Source: Candidatus Poribacteria bacterium
GTDB taxonomy: Bacteria > Poribacteria > WGA-4E > PCPOR2b
Direction of reading: 5' to 3'
Assembly: GCA_965208425.1 (NCBI GenBank)
Contig: OZ242335.1
Span: forward strand, 6,151,181 to 6,215,180
DNA: 64,000 nt
Shown here: positions 19,640 through 30,500 of the stretch, piece by piece
Numbering within the stretch: position 1 is the stretch's first letter
How the letters are laid out: each line of letters opens with the position of its first letter
Made by a program: the position numbers and the translations under genes
Notes under the pieces: generated by a model
The model's database searches: none
Told to the model about the DNA's origin: nothing
What the model saw: only the letters and a program-made list of their open reading frames with translations

Positions 19640-21043
19640 CTACACATCCGGAGGCCGATTGTGCCACTCGGTGGCTCCTTCGTAGGCGTGACCAATCTGG
19701 CATAACAACGGTTCTGACAGGTGCTTACCCACCCACTGAATGCTTAGAGGAAGCCCTTCGTTGTTGAATCCACACGGTACTGATAATGTTGGTGCCCCGT
19801 TGAAATCAAACGGCGCGGTGAATCGTTGGAATTTCGGTTCTCGGTTTTCCGGCAGGGGTCCATATAATTCTTCTGGCTTGACGAGGTGCGGTGGTGCGGA
19901 TGTTGACGGACAGACCAATACATCAATCTCCTCAAACACACGGCGGAGATGCCCTGTGCAGGCAGCGCGTAAGTTGTTGGCTTTGGCGTACTCTGCCCCT
20001 GTCACCCTCGCCCCTTTATCCAGCCACCCACGAAACCAAGGACCGTAGTCGTCTCTTCGGGAGGGGTAGGTCGCTTCGTGGGCGGCAACCGCTTCAGCGG
20101 AACACAAAACGGGCCACGCAGCGACGTACGGGTCCATATCCGGCAGCTGCACATCGACAATCTCAGCACCCAAACCTTCCAGAACCTTTACGCCAGCTAG
20201 CACCGCTTCTGCGAGTTCAGGGTCAATATCTTGGGTAGCGTATTGCAAGTCCAATCCGATACGAACACCTTTTACACCCTTGTCTATATCTTCGAGCATG
20301 TCTGGTACAGGAGCCGGCAGGGATGTGGGATCATTCGGATCGAAACCGGAGATGGTTTCAAGCACAATGCCTGCGTCGGCGGTGCTCCGTGTCAGGGGTC
20401 CAACATGGTCGAGCGATTCAGCCAAAGCCAACACGCCGTACCGACTGACTCGCCCCCATGTGGGTTTGAGACCTACTGTGCCGCAATGTGCGGCGGGGAA
20501 ACGAATCGAACCACCGGTATCGCTGCCCAGAGACCCGAAACACAGACCGGCTGCTGTTGCGACGCCGGATCCACTGGAGGAAGCACCCGCAAATCGTTCG
20601 GCATTCCACGGGTTGATGGGAATCCTGAATTTGGGATTGTAACCGCCCATCGCGCCTTCCGTAAGATTGAGCTTGCCTAGTAGCACCGCTCCAGCCGACT
20701 CTAGCTTTGCTACAACGGTAGAATCGAAGTCAGGGACATGCTCGGCGAGTGCCTGTGTTCCTCCCATCGTGTGGACACCCTTGGTAAAACATAGATCTTT
20801 TACGGCTATCGGTACGCCATGGAGCGGTCCGCGATACACGCCAGATGTGATTTCCGCCTCAGCTTTCTGAGCTGCCGTGATCGCGTGGTCTGCCATAACG
20901 GTGGCGTAGCTTTTGAGGTGGCTATCAAGTTGGTCAATGCGATCCAGTATTGCGGTGGTAACCTCTACAGGCGATATATGTTTCGCTTTTATTAGTTCGG
21001 ATACTTCAGTAATCGTTTTGAAGTGAAGTGGTATTTTGCTCAT
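19640..21043 (-). CDS. Amidase (amidase signature family)
   Basis: GVPIAVKD, GASSSGS, GSDTGGSIRFP, GLKPTWGRVS. Confidence 0.92.
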   Translation of the reverse strand: MSKIPLHFKTITEVSELIKAKHISPVEVTTAILDRIDQLDSHLKSYATVMADHAITAAQKAEAEITSGVYRGPLHGVPIAVKDLCFTKGVHTMGGTQALAEHVPDFDSTVVAKLESAGAVLLGKLNLTEGAMGGYNPKFRIPINPWNAERFAGASSSGSGVATAAGLCFGSLGSDTGGSIRFPAAHCGTVGLKPTWGRVSRYGVLALAESLDHVGPLTRSTADAGIVLETISGFDPNDPTSLPAPVPDMLEDIDKGVKGVRIGLDLQYATQDIDPELAEAVLAGVKVLEGLGAEIVDVQLPDMDPYVAAWPVLCSAEAVAAHEATYPSRRDDYGPWFRGWLDKGARVTGAEYAKANNLRAACTGHLRRVFEEIDVLVCPSTSAPPHLVKPEELYGPLPENREPKFQRFTAPFDFNGAPTLSVPCGFNNEGLPLSIQWVGKHLSEPLLCQIGHAYEGATEWHNRPPDV

Positions 21044-21380
21044 TTTTTTATTCCCTCACAGAAGTTTGTCGCTAGGGCGTGTTGACATTTTGAAGTTGCT
21101 GATTCGGCAACCGGTGTAATCATCAGGCAATCTGCCATAAGTAGCGCGAACTGTTAGTTTGCAGGCTGGATCACAATCTAACAGATCGTGGTACAAAAGA
21201 GCATTTTTACGAAACAGCTTTTTGAACAGGAGGCATCCCGATGGAAAACGGAGTTGGGTTTCACTCTATCTGTCTATAAACAGGTGTTGTTGGACGACGG
21301 AGCCTCTATTGGACTTGATAGGGATTGCCGTTTAACCGTTCAACCCAACCTACGGACTCTTGCCATGTGCAGTATCCAAC

Positions 21381-21447
21381 TATAGTGGATCTTAAAATTA
21401 ATGAGACGCTCTAAACCGGTGCGGTTAGAAACCGCACCTACCGGGGG
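21381..21447. mobile_element. Partial Correia-like MITE (family D) with REP hairpin
   Basis: TATAGTGGATCTTAAAATTAATGAGACGCTC followed by CCGGTGCGGTTAGAAACCGCACCTACCGG. Confidence 0.7.
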
Positions 21448-21636
21448 CCGTGTGAGTGTTCAATCGCGCATCAATTCTACACGAAAATCGGAGGAATGAC
21501 GAGAAAAAACAGTTTTGCGATACCTTATGCGATTCGGCTAAAACACTTGTAATTGAGTTTTTGCACCTAACATGATATACTAAACACATCATAACAAATA
21601 AGCAATCAAAGGTTTATTCCAAAGACGGAGAGATAT

Positions 21637-23715
21637 ATGCCACGGGAATATGGGATTGAACAGGTACGAAATATCGGCATCATGGCGCATATCGATGCCG
21701 GCAAGACAACGACCACTGAACGCATCTTATTCTATACCGGCAAAAAACATAAAATCGGTGACATCGACGATGGCACCACGGATATGGATTGGATGGTTCA
21801 AGAACGTGAGCGCGGCGTGACTATCACTGCGGCAGCGACAACCTGCTTTTGGCGCGACCACGCGATTCACCTGATTGATACACCGGGGCACGTTGACTTT
21901 ACTGTCGAAGTTGAGCGCTCCCTACGTGTACTTGATGGAGCGGTTGCCCTATTTTGTGCTGTCGGCGGCGTTGAACCCCAATCCGAAACGGTATGGCATC
22001 AAGCAGAGCGTTATCACATTCCACGAATCGCTTTCGTGAACAAGATGGACCGGTTGGGGGCGAATTTTCCCCGTGTTATCGAAATGATGAAAGAACGATT
22101 GGGAGCCAATCCGTTGATTCTCCAACTGCCAATCGGTGCTGAAAGTCAGTTTTCAGGTGTCGTGGATCTTATTCGTATGCAAGCCCTCCGTTGGCATGAA
22201 AAGGACCAAGGACAGACCTTTGACGTGACGGAGATCCCTGCGGAATTGGGTGCAGCAGCGGAGGAAGCACGTGAGGAGTTGGTCGAAACCGTTGCAAGCG
22301 AAGATGATGCCCTATTGGAAAAATACCTCGAAGGCGAGGAAATCACAGAAGCAGAACTTCTGGCGGGGATTCGTCGCGCAACCTTAAAAAATAGACTCGT
22401 CCCGGTGTTGTGTGGAACGGCTCTGAAGAATCAAGGCGTCCAACCGTTACTCGATGCCGTTATTGATTTCCTTCCGGCGCCGACTGATGTGCCTCCGATT
22501 GAGGGCATCGTCCCGCGCAAAGACCACAAGGAAGAGCGAGAGTCGAAAGATGATGCGCCGTTTGCTGCGTTAGCATTCAAGATTGCCAGAGATCCGAATG
22601 TGGCTAAGATAGTTTACTGCCGTATCTATTCGGGGACGCTCAAACGTGGGGAGGTCGTTTACAACGTAACAACAGACACAAAAGAGCGGGTAACACGAAT
22701 CTTGCAGATGCACGCGAACAAACGGGAAACCTGTGATGAAGCCCACGCAGGAGACATCGTCGCACTTGTTGGATTGAAAAACACCACCACCGGGGATTCG
22801 TTGACGACTGCCTCGCAGCCAATTCTGTTGGAATCAATGGTATTTCCAGAGCCGGTTATCTCTGTCGCGATTGAACCGAGGTCCGAAAGGGATAAAGATG
22901 CGCTTGAAGAAACACTTGATTTCATGATGGAAGAGGACCCAACCTTTACTGTGCAGATCGACGATGAAACCGGGCAGCGTGTGATCTCAGGTATGGGAGA
23001 ACTTCATCTAGAGATTTTGACGGATCGGATGCTGCGCGAATTTCAAGTCAATGCGCGTGTCAGCAAGTTACAGGTTGCCTACCGTGAGACAATCAGCCAA
23101 GTCGCTGAAGCGCAAGGCAAATATATTCATAAGATTGATGACGAGGGCATCTATGGAGATGTCATACTCAAGTTGGAACCGCTACCGAGAGGGATGGGAT
23201 TTGACTTTGTGGATGAAAGCAACGAACTAGACATGCCTCGCCAATACGTCGCCGCCGTTGAGCAAGGGGCACGAAACGCGATGTCAAACGGGGTGTTAAG
23301 TGGATTCCCCATGCAGGATATCAAAGTGGTTCTTATCGGTGGTTCATACCATGAAACGGATTCATCGGAAACCGCCTTTGAAGCTGCCACGGTCATCGCT
23401 TTTGAGCAGGCTGCCCAAAAGGCATCGCCCGTCCTGTTAGAACCGATTATGAAAATTCAGGTGATTGCACCAACTGAACATATTGGTAAGGTGATTGGCG
23501 ACCTCAATTCACGACGCGCGCAGATCCACGAAACCGGGGCAGTGGGAACATCGGAATCCATTGATGCCCATGTTCCGTTAGCGCAGATGTTCCAATATAC
23601 AACGGAATTGCGTTCATTGACTCAAGGACGTGGGTTGTTCACGATGGAATTCTCTCATCACGACGTTGCTCTCGCCAGCACACGAGATGCTGTTGTGAAT
23701 AGACCATTGTTTTAG
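21637..23715 (+). CDS. fusA: Elongation factor G (stand-alone paralog)
   Basis: [37 protein letters not shown]; no rpsL, rpsG or tuf neighbours. Confidence 0.9.
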   Translation: MPREYGIEQVRNIGIMAHIDAGKTTTTERILFYTGKKHKIGDIDDGTTDMDWMVQERERGVTITAAATTCFWRDHAIHLIDTPGHVDFTVEVERSLRVLDGAVALFCAVGGVEPQSETVWHQAERYHIPRIAFVNKMDRLGANFPRVIEMMKERLGANPLILQLPIGAESQFSGVVDLIRMQALRWHEKDQGQTFDVTEIPAELGAAAEEAREELVETVASEDDALLEKYLEGEEITEAELLAGIRRATLKNRLVPVLCGTALKNQGVQPLLDAVIDFLPAPTDVPPIEGIVPRKDHKEERESKDDAPFAALAFKIARDPNVAKIVYCRIYSGTLKRGEVVYNVTTDTKERVTRILQMHANKRETCDEAHAGDIVALVGLKNTTTGDSLTTASQPILLESMVFPEPVISVAIEPRSERDKDALEETLDFMMEEDPTFTVQIDDETGQRVISGMGELHLEILTDRMLREFQVNARVSKLQVAYRETISQVAEAQGKYIHKIDDEGIYGDVILKLEPLPRGMGFDFVDESNELDMPRQYVAAVEQGARNAMSNGVLSGFPMQDIKVVLIGGSYHETDSSETAFEAATVIAFEQAAQKASPVLLEPIMKIQVIAPTEHIGKVIGDLNSRRAQIHETGAVGTSESIDAHVPLAQMFQYTTELRSLTQGRGLFTMEFSHHDVALASTRDAVVNRPLF

Positions 23716-23727
23716 TACCTGAACAAC

Positions 23728-23859
23728 TATGGTGAATTCTAAAAATAAATGAACACTTTCGCCTCCCGGTAGGTGCGGTTTGTAACCGCACCGAATCGGC
23801 GCAGTTAGAAACAGCGCCTACCAATTTGGAGTGTCTCATTAATTCTAAAATTTACTATA
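23728..23859. mobile_element. Correia-like MITE (family D, reverse orientation)
   Basis: TATGGTGAATTCTAAAAATAAAT...GTGTCTCATTAATTCTAAAATTTACTATA with two REP hairpins. Confidence 0.8.
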
Positions 23860-23879
23860 AATCAATGAAAGGAGCACCG

Positions 23880-24896
23880 ATGAGCAAACCTAAAATTTTA
23901 TACCTGCCCACATCAGGGCATACCGCAGAGGTTTTTCCCCCAGACGTTTTCGCACGATTTCAGGAGCAATTTGATGTAACGTTGAATGAAACTGGCTCAA
24001 GCTATACAAGCGACGAAATTGCCGAGCGTGTTGCCGGGTTTGAAGGGATAGTCACCGGTTGGGGCGTGTCACCGATAACCGAAAAGGCGATGGCTAACGC
24101 AGACGCACTCCGAATCATCGCTCATTCGGCAGGTTCTATAAAACGTCTTGTCGGTGAGGTCCTTGATAAATACATCATGCCGCGCCAGATCTGTGTGTTC
24201 AGTGCCAACGAAGCAATCGCCTACAATGTCGCGGAATATACGATCGGCGCAATGATTATGACCACCCGCCGATGGGTTGACTTTATCTTGCACACCCGAT
24301 CAGGGAGGTGGAATCGTAGCGAAGTGGCTTCCAGCGCGCCTTCTTTACGCGGAAGCACTGTTGGGATAGTCTCGGCAAGCAAAGTTGGACGACAGGTGAT
24401 TAAACTTTTACAGTCTTTCGAGGTCAGAAAACTGATTTACGATCCGTATCTCTCAGATTGGGAGGCGGGCACGCTCGGTGTGGAGAAAGTTTCGCTCAAC
24501 GATCTTTTTGCCACAGCCGATATTGTGACCGTTCACACACCGAGTATTCCGGAAACAGATAAGATGATTGGTGAGGAACAACTAAAATTGCTTCGGGATG
24601 GAACCACACTGGTCAATACCTCACGGGGCAGCGTCATCGATCATGATGCTTTACTAGCTGAAGCGCGGACTGGTCGTATTTTTATCACACTTGATGTCAC
24701 AACTCCAGAACCATTGCCGCCAGATAGTCCGTTTTTAGGGCTGCCAAATGTTTTTGTGACACCCCATGTTTCTGGAACAGGTGCTTACGGCTACGCCAAA
24801 ATCGGTGAATCGACACTTGCAGCGTTAGAAGATTTTTTCGCAAATAGACCCGTTGTAGGTGCAGTTGACTTTAACCGATTCGATTTGATAGGGTAA
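23880..24896 (+). CDS. D-isomer-specific 2-hydroxyacid dehydrogenase
   Basis: HSAGS, VAEY, VNTSRG, LDVT.PEP, TPHVSG; AAGGAG RBS before ATG 23880. Confidence 0.9.
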   Translation: MSKPKILYLPTSGHTAEVFPPDVFARFQEQFDVTLNETGSSYTSDEIAERVAGFEGIVTGWGVSPITEKAMANADALRIIAHSAGSIKRLVGEVLDKYIMPRQICVFSANEAIAYNVAEYTIGAMIMTTRRWVDFILHTRSGRWNRSEVASSAPSLRGSTVGIVSASKVGRQVIKLLQSFEVRKLIYDPYLSDWEAGTLGVEKVSLNDLFATADIVTVHTPSIPETDKMIGEEQLKLLRDGTTLVNTSRGSVIDHDALLAEARTGRIFITLDVTTPEPLPPDSPFLGLPNVFVTPHVSGTGAYGYAKIGESTLAALEDFFANRPVVGAVDFNRFDLIG

Positions 24897-24966
24897 TCCC
24901 TTCTTCTGACTCCATTCAATCGACAATGTATGAGCACATCCGCTCATATCTGTAGGATTGACGAGA

Positions 24967-25019
24967 AAATTGCACCAAATGGTGCAATTTCAAAAATTCA
25001 TTTTACACCATTTGGTGCA
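24967..25019. promoter_or_regulatory. Tandem enhancer (bEBP/NtrC-like) binding sites
   Basis: AAATTGCACCAAATGGTGCAATTT and TACACCATTTGGTGCA, 33 bp apart, upstream of a sigma54 site. Confidence 0.7.
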
Positions 25020-25081
25020 GAAAATCGATTAATTGGCGACAGGAAACCTGCGTTTCGTGGGTATTCTTGATTTATAAGAAA

Positions 25082-25097
25082 TGGCACAATAATTGCT
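25082..25097 (+). promoter_or_regulatory. sigma54 (-24/-12) promoter
   Basis: TGGCAC-AATAA-TTGCT, consensus spacing. Confidence 0.8.
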
Positions 25098-25192
25098 ACT
25101 ATTGCCGACATATTACGGCTCACTTTTGCATACACATGATGTGAGGGTTTGCTCAAATCTTTACACACAAACAAAATTTTTGGAGGAAAAAT

Positions 25193-26671
25193 ATGAGTGC
25201 CAAGAAGACTTCAGGGGCTTTGATGACCTCGTTGATTGTTCACGGAGTCGCCTTCGTCATCGCGGGTATCTATCTCGTTACCCAGACCCAGCAGTTCAAA
25301 GACTTGGTCGGTGCCGAAGTTCTGCAAGCCAAAGAACCCCCCAAACCTCAAGTTCGTAAACCGGTTATCAAGCCGGTGGTAAAACCAACCGTTCCAACCA
25401 CAAATACAGTGGTTGTCGAGCAGGTTCAGGTCCAACCCAGAGTGACGACAGCAGCGGTCGTGCGTCCGACCTCCGTACAGCCACAAACCGTTTTGGAATT
25501 TTCCAATAAAGTGGTGAAGTTGGATGCTCCCATAAACCCCAACGTGCCTAAAGTGGTCAGTGCTAATGCACCAGTGCCGCAAGTTGTGACCCATGCTGAC
25601 TTGCCTGTTTCTGACGCTCCCGGCGCACTAGCATTTAGTGCTCCAGTAGCAACGGCTCCAAGTGCTGCGCCCGCTAACATTGGTCGTGGTATTGGTGGTG
25701 TCGTACAGGTAAAAGTCGCCTTTGAGCGTCCGGCTGGACTCGCTATGGTCGAACACGTTGGTGCAACCCGCGATGCCTTGGGTGATGTTGTTGAGAACAT
25801 TACGCTGGGTAACGTAGAAGTACCGCCACTGCCCCGTGGCGAACCCGGTGGTCGTGTCATTGGACGTGGTGCTGACATTCGCGGTGTGTTCCGGTTTACC
25901 CGTGTCCGTCACAGTCTCTCCGACTGGTGGGCTGATGCCTCCTCGCTGAACGCGTGGACGAAGTGGATGAACGAACGAACCAAGATTAAAACAGACATGA
26001 ACGTCGAAGGCGGCGCTTTGAAGTTCACCGATGCGAACTTGCAAAAAGCTCCTATGCTCTTCATGACGGGTCATGACCCAGCACTTACTCGTTCCAAGAA
26101 CCTGATGAGTCGTCAGTATGGCGGTGGCAAATTGGACAATCGTCTGTCTGAAAGCGAAGCAGCGGCACTCCGTCGGTATCTCGTTGAAAGAGGCGGCGTC
26201 CTTGCTTTTGATGACTGTGGCGTGAACGCACCAGCGCAGGCAATGATTCGTCTGTTCCTCGCTCAGATGCGGTTTGTTATGCCTGAATATCAGGTCACAC
26301 GAATTCCGAATGACCATGAGATGTACAGCAACTTCTACGAGATGGGTGGACCACCGGTTGGATTCGACCTGTGGTGGTGGGGAACTCACCCGCCGAAACG
26401 GAACTATCTTGAGGGAGTTATGGTTGGCGACCACGTTTCCGTGTTAGTATTCCGTCGTGATTATATGTGTGCGATGGAGTCGGTTAGTTTGCCAACCCGT
26501 AGTGTCCATTATTCACCAGGTGTTTATCGTTTCATGACCAACGTTGCAGTTTACGCATTGACGCACGGCTCGATTTCTGACTACTCCGGTTATGTGCCAG
26601 AAGATACAATGGCAAAGAAGAAACTGCCGACCAGTGCTCCTGAAGCTGCGAAGATTGGTGCTGTTGAATAA
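25193..26671 (+). CDS. DUF4159 domain protein with N-terminal TM anchor and Pro/Val-rich stalk
   Basis: SLIVHGVAFVIAG TM segment; MLFMTGH, LRRYLVERGGVLAFDDCG and IPNDHEMY motifs; GGAGG RBS. Confidence 0.75.
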   Translation: MSAKKTSGALMTSLIVHGVAFVIAGIYLVTQTQQFKDLVGAEVLQAKEPPKPQVRKPVIKPVVKPTVPTTNTVVVEQVQVQPRVTTAAVVRPTSVQPQTVLEFSNKVVKLDAPINPNVPKVVSANAPVPQVVTHADLPVSDAPGALAFSAPVATAPSAAPANIGRGIGGVVQVKVAFERPAGLAMVEHVGATRDALGDVVENITLGNVEVPPLPRGEPGGRVIGRGADIRGVFRFTRVRHSLSDWWADASSLNAWTKWMNERTKIKTDMNVEGGALKFTDANLQKAPMLFMTGHDPALTRSKNLMSRQYGGGKLDNRLSESEAAALRRYLVERGGVLAFDDCGVNAPAQAMIRLFLAQMRFVMPEYQVTRIPNDHEMYSNFYEMGGPPVGFDLWWWGTHPPKRNYLEGVMVGDHVSVLVFRRDYMCAMESVSLPTRSVHYSPGVYRFMTNVAVYALTHGSISDYSGYVPEDTMAKKKLPTSAPEAAKIGAVE

Positions 26672-26710
26672 AGCATACTGATTTGGACAGACCTTCATAT
26701 TATGTCACAT

Positions 26711-26746
26711 AAGCAGCCAAGCCGTTCGCTTGGCTGCTTTTTTTTT
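26711..26746 (+). terminator. Rho-independent terminator
   Basis: AAGCAGCCAAGC-CGTTC-GCTTGGCTGC followed by a T run. Confidence 0.9.
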
Positions 26747-26794
26747 GGAATATTCCGCAGTCATGCAATCACTTGGATACAGATCTGGGTGACT

Positions 26795-26822
26795 TTGACA
26801 ATTCCTATCTTTGTGATATAAT
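26795..26822 (+). promoter_or_regulatory. sigma70 promoter
   Basis: TTGACA-N16-TATAAT with a TG extension. Confidence 0.6.
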
Positions 26823-27014
26823 GCCCTACCTGTGAGACCACATAGTACCTTTGCAAACGGGATGAGATTTTTTTTATCTCAGTCCATTTTTTCCCGAACA
26901 AAATCTGAATTTATCGTCCTAAATGTAATGAATAGTATAACTATCGATCTATAACGTCTATTCATCAGAACACGAGCCCTTGATTCAGACCCCAATTTCT
27001 AAACGAGGTGAACA

Positions 27015-27464
27015 ATGATGAACCGAATCAGTTTGAAGAATGTATGTGTTGGATTTATTTTTATCTGTATCCTAGGAATAGGTATATCATTGATAGCTAA
27101 AGCGCAACAGGAAGATACCTCCAAATACACTATCTTGGTTTTCGCCAAATTACACCTGACCCCCACTGGAGATCCGGAAGTCGCTGAGAAACTGATGAAG
27201 GAGAAGTTGTTATCAGCAGCAAAAGGAATTGAGGGGTTGAAGATTACCGCACTCAAGCGGATGCAACTTCCGGGACCAGAAGCACCCACGAACTCCAGTC
27301 AACCTGACTTTGTAATGATGGCTGAACTGACGGATGAGGCGGTCTTTGCCAAACTCATTACAGCAACACCCACAGCCTTAAAAGAATATGGTGAGGGGAT
27401 GAAGGCGCAAGCCGGCGCACCTCAATTTGAATTGTATCAAATTTTGGGTAGATCAACAGAGTGA
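27015..27464 (+). CDS. Exported hypothetical protein
   Basis: Signal-peptide-like N-terminus; GAGGTG RBS. Confidence 0.65.
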   Translation: MMNRISLKNVCVGFIFICILGIGISLIAKAQQEDTSKYTILVFAKLHLTPTGDPEVAEKLMKEKLLSAAKGIEGLKITALKRMQLPGPEAPTNSSQPDFVMMAELTDEAVFAKLITATPTALKEYGEGMKAQAGAPQFELYQILGRSTE

Positions 27465-27511
27465 ACTATACGCGATATGACACCCTCAAAATACGCATCA
27501 GGAGAGCATTG

Positions 27512-30500
27512 ATGAAACCAATCTTTCAACACATCTATCAAGTTCTGATAATCACTTTCGCGTTCGCTGTGTTACTCACAAGTTGTAGGCAGGAGGCTAC
27601 CCGCAAAGCGGATTGGGAAACCCATTTCACGGACCTGCACTTCGCCAACCCCAAGTACGGCTGGATTGTTGGGGAAAAAGGATTCATCATCCACACAAAC
27701 GATGGTGGCAAAACATGGAATCGGCAAGAAATAGAAACAGAGGAAGACCTTAAAGCTGTCTACTTTACAAACCTAAAATACGGCTGGGTAGTGGGGGACA
27801 ACGGTGTTATTGCTGCAACGGATGATGGCGGCAGATACTGGTATCTCCAGAAAAGCCGCACATCCGGTATGATCAGAGATGTAATCTTTGCCAACTCTAA
27901 CGAGGGCTGGGTTGTAGGGGAAGACAACTACGTAATTGCCACAAAGAATGGTGGAAAGACGTGGGAACGCCAAAATTATACGAGCAATTTCCCCCTCAAC
28001 GGTGTTTGGTTTATCAATGATCAGCATGGCTGGACTGTCGGCGAATATGAGCGTATCTTTCACACGGAGGATGGTGGAAAGACATGGCAAGAGCAGACTA
28101 CCCGTCACCAGTTCGCACGAACCCGATTGGTCAACGACAATCGACGTGTTATCTTCATAAATGAAAATGAAGGTTGGCTAGCAGGCACGGATGGTTCAAT
28201 CTTCCACACACAGAACGGTGGCGCTAAGTGGGATATGCAAGATAGCCGTATTCCGAATATTAACGGTCACGTCAAAGAAACCGTCAACGGTATCCACTTC
28301 GTCGACAACAAGCGTGGTTTGGCGGTCGCCGACATCGGGTTTATCACGTTCACCGAAGATGGCGGAGATAACTGGCGGCTGCTCGATAGCGTCACAGAAA
28401 ACAATCTGATGGCTGTTCAGTTCACGAGTCAGACCGAAGCATGGGCAGTCGGCTGGCACGGCACAATCGTACACTCTACTGATGGCGGACACACATGGAC
28501 GATGCGGAGTGGTACTACGGCAAACGACCTAGAAAACATCCAATTCACTTCGGAGGACCGTGCTATCGCTGTCGGACAACGTGGTGCTATCGTGGTCTCC
28601 GAGGATGGTGGACAGACATGGCAGGAGATCGATACCGATATATGGGATAATATTCGTAACATCTTTTTCATCTCCGACAAAGAGGGTTGGTTGATTGGCG
28701 AACGGAACATGATTGGTCATACCACCGATGGCGGACGGACATGGGAGCGTCAATACGCCGGCATGGGACATATGCTCAACGGTGTTTACTTTGTAACACC
28801 GAAGAAGGGCTGGGTGGTCGGCGAACTTGGTACAGTCTTGTTCACCGCTGACGGCGGTGCCTCGTGGGTTCCTCAGACTCCAACGGAATTTAACTCGCTC
28901 AAAGGTGCTTTCTTCCTGAATGAGAAAGAGGGCTGGGTGGTCGGTTGGCCCGGGGTTGTCTATCACACGAAGAATGGTGGGCTATCCTGGACATCACAGA
29001 CTTCTGGAACCTTCAACGAACTCTACGCAGTTCACTTTACAGATAGCAATAATGGTTGGGTCGTCGGTCAATTCGGTGAAATTCTGCGCACAAAGGATGG
29101 TGGCCAAACTTGGAGGTTTCAACCGAGCGGTGTTCAAGAAAACCTAAACAAGGTCTACCTCGCTGACACCTTGCACGGCATTATCGTTGGGGATAAGGGC
29201 ACAATTCTGACTACAACCAACGGTGGCGCGAAATGGGAAAAACAGGAAAGTGGCACAGAGAACGATCTCTTGGGATTCTCGCTCTCGCCAGAAGGGATGG
29301 TTGCGGTGGGACGCGGTGGGGTTGCAATGCACTATTCGATTGATCCAGAACAACTCCCTGTGACTTTGCCACCTATAGCCGAGATCATTGAAACACCCGA
29401 AATCCCTGAAGAGGAGGTAACCGTCGAGGAGGTAACCTACCATTGGGATATTATCCGTCGTGCCACATGGCAGACCGATTTTTCAGATACCTACTTTCTT
29501 GATGAGCACACCGGCTGGGCGGTTGGGGGAGGTGGCGTTATCGCTCACACGACCGATAGTGGAAAAACATGGCTGCCACAACACAGCAGCGTCGAGGCAG
29601 ATCTGTATCAGGTTATGTTTGTTGATAAATCCCACGGTTGGATTACCGGCAGCCGTATGCTGCTCCGCACCGAGGATGGCGGAAAAACATGGCAGGTAGT
29701 GAAAGGTGTTCTACAAAACTTCCGTCGCGTCAACACGATGCAATTTATCAACCCCAAAGAGGGTTGGCTAGGGGTCGGTGCCGCAGAGATGCTGCACACC
29801 GCCGACGGCGGACTGACGTGGGAACGTCAGCGAACCGGAATGAACGAGAACCCTATTGTCGACCTGCATTTCATCAACGGTCTGGAAGGTTGGGCGGTCA
29901 TGCTAGAACGCCTCGACGGTGGAGCAAGGGAAGGTGGAGTTATCCTGCACACCACCGATGGAGGCGAATACTGGAAGGTCCTTGACAACACCAACCAACC
30001 CGCCATTGCCGTCCATTTTGCAGACTCAAAATCGGGGTGGGTCGTGTTGAGAAACGGTGTATCGATCGCAACCCATGACGGAGGCGCAACTTGGAAGCGG
30101 GTCCTGTCCGATTCAGATAGCGGCTGGCCACCCCGGCGAATTGGTCGCATCACCTTCCAAGACCATCAAACAGCGTGGGCGCTTGGAGGAGATGGTAGAC
30201 TCTTCATCACACGCAACAGCGGTCAAACATGGAAAGGGGCGAACGTTCCACAGCATGAAAGTTCGGTCAACTCCGGAATTGCATCCGAAGAGGACACCGA
30301 TTGGCTCGCGCTCTGGCTGGAAGAGGAAGGAGAATCAGGCAATCGTGCCGACGACCAATCCAACAACACCAACACTTCAGAATGGGATCAGGATTTCGCA
30401 GAAGAATTCCAAACAGAAATGACAGATAGACGTCAACGCGCCGGACGTTTCACGCCAGAGGGCGATCTCGGTGAGGAAAATGGGGATTTTTCCAACGAAA

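Noticed and set aside
19640-21043. Possible gatA
   Set aside because: No gatB or gatC neighbours; the motifs fit a general amidase
25426-26434. Long antisense ORFs (also opposite the YCF48, LRR and 41-43 kb genes)
   Set aside because: Shadow frames of well-supported genes
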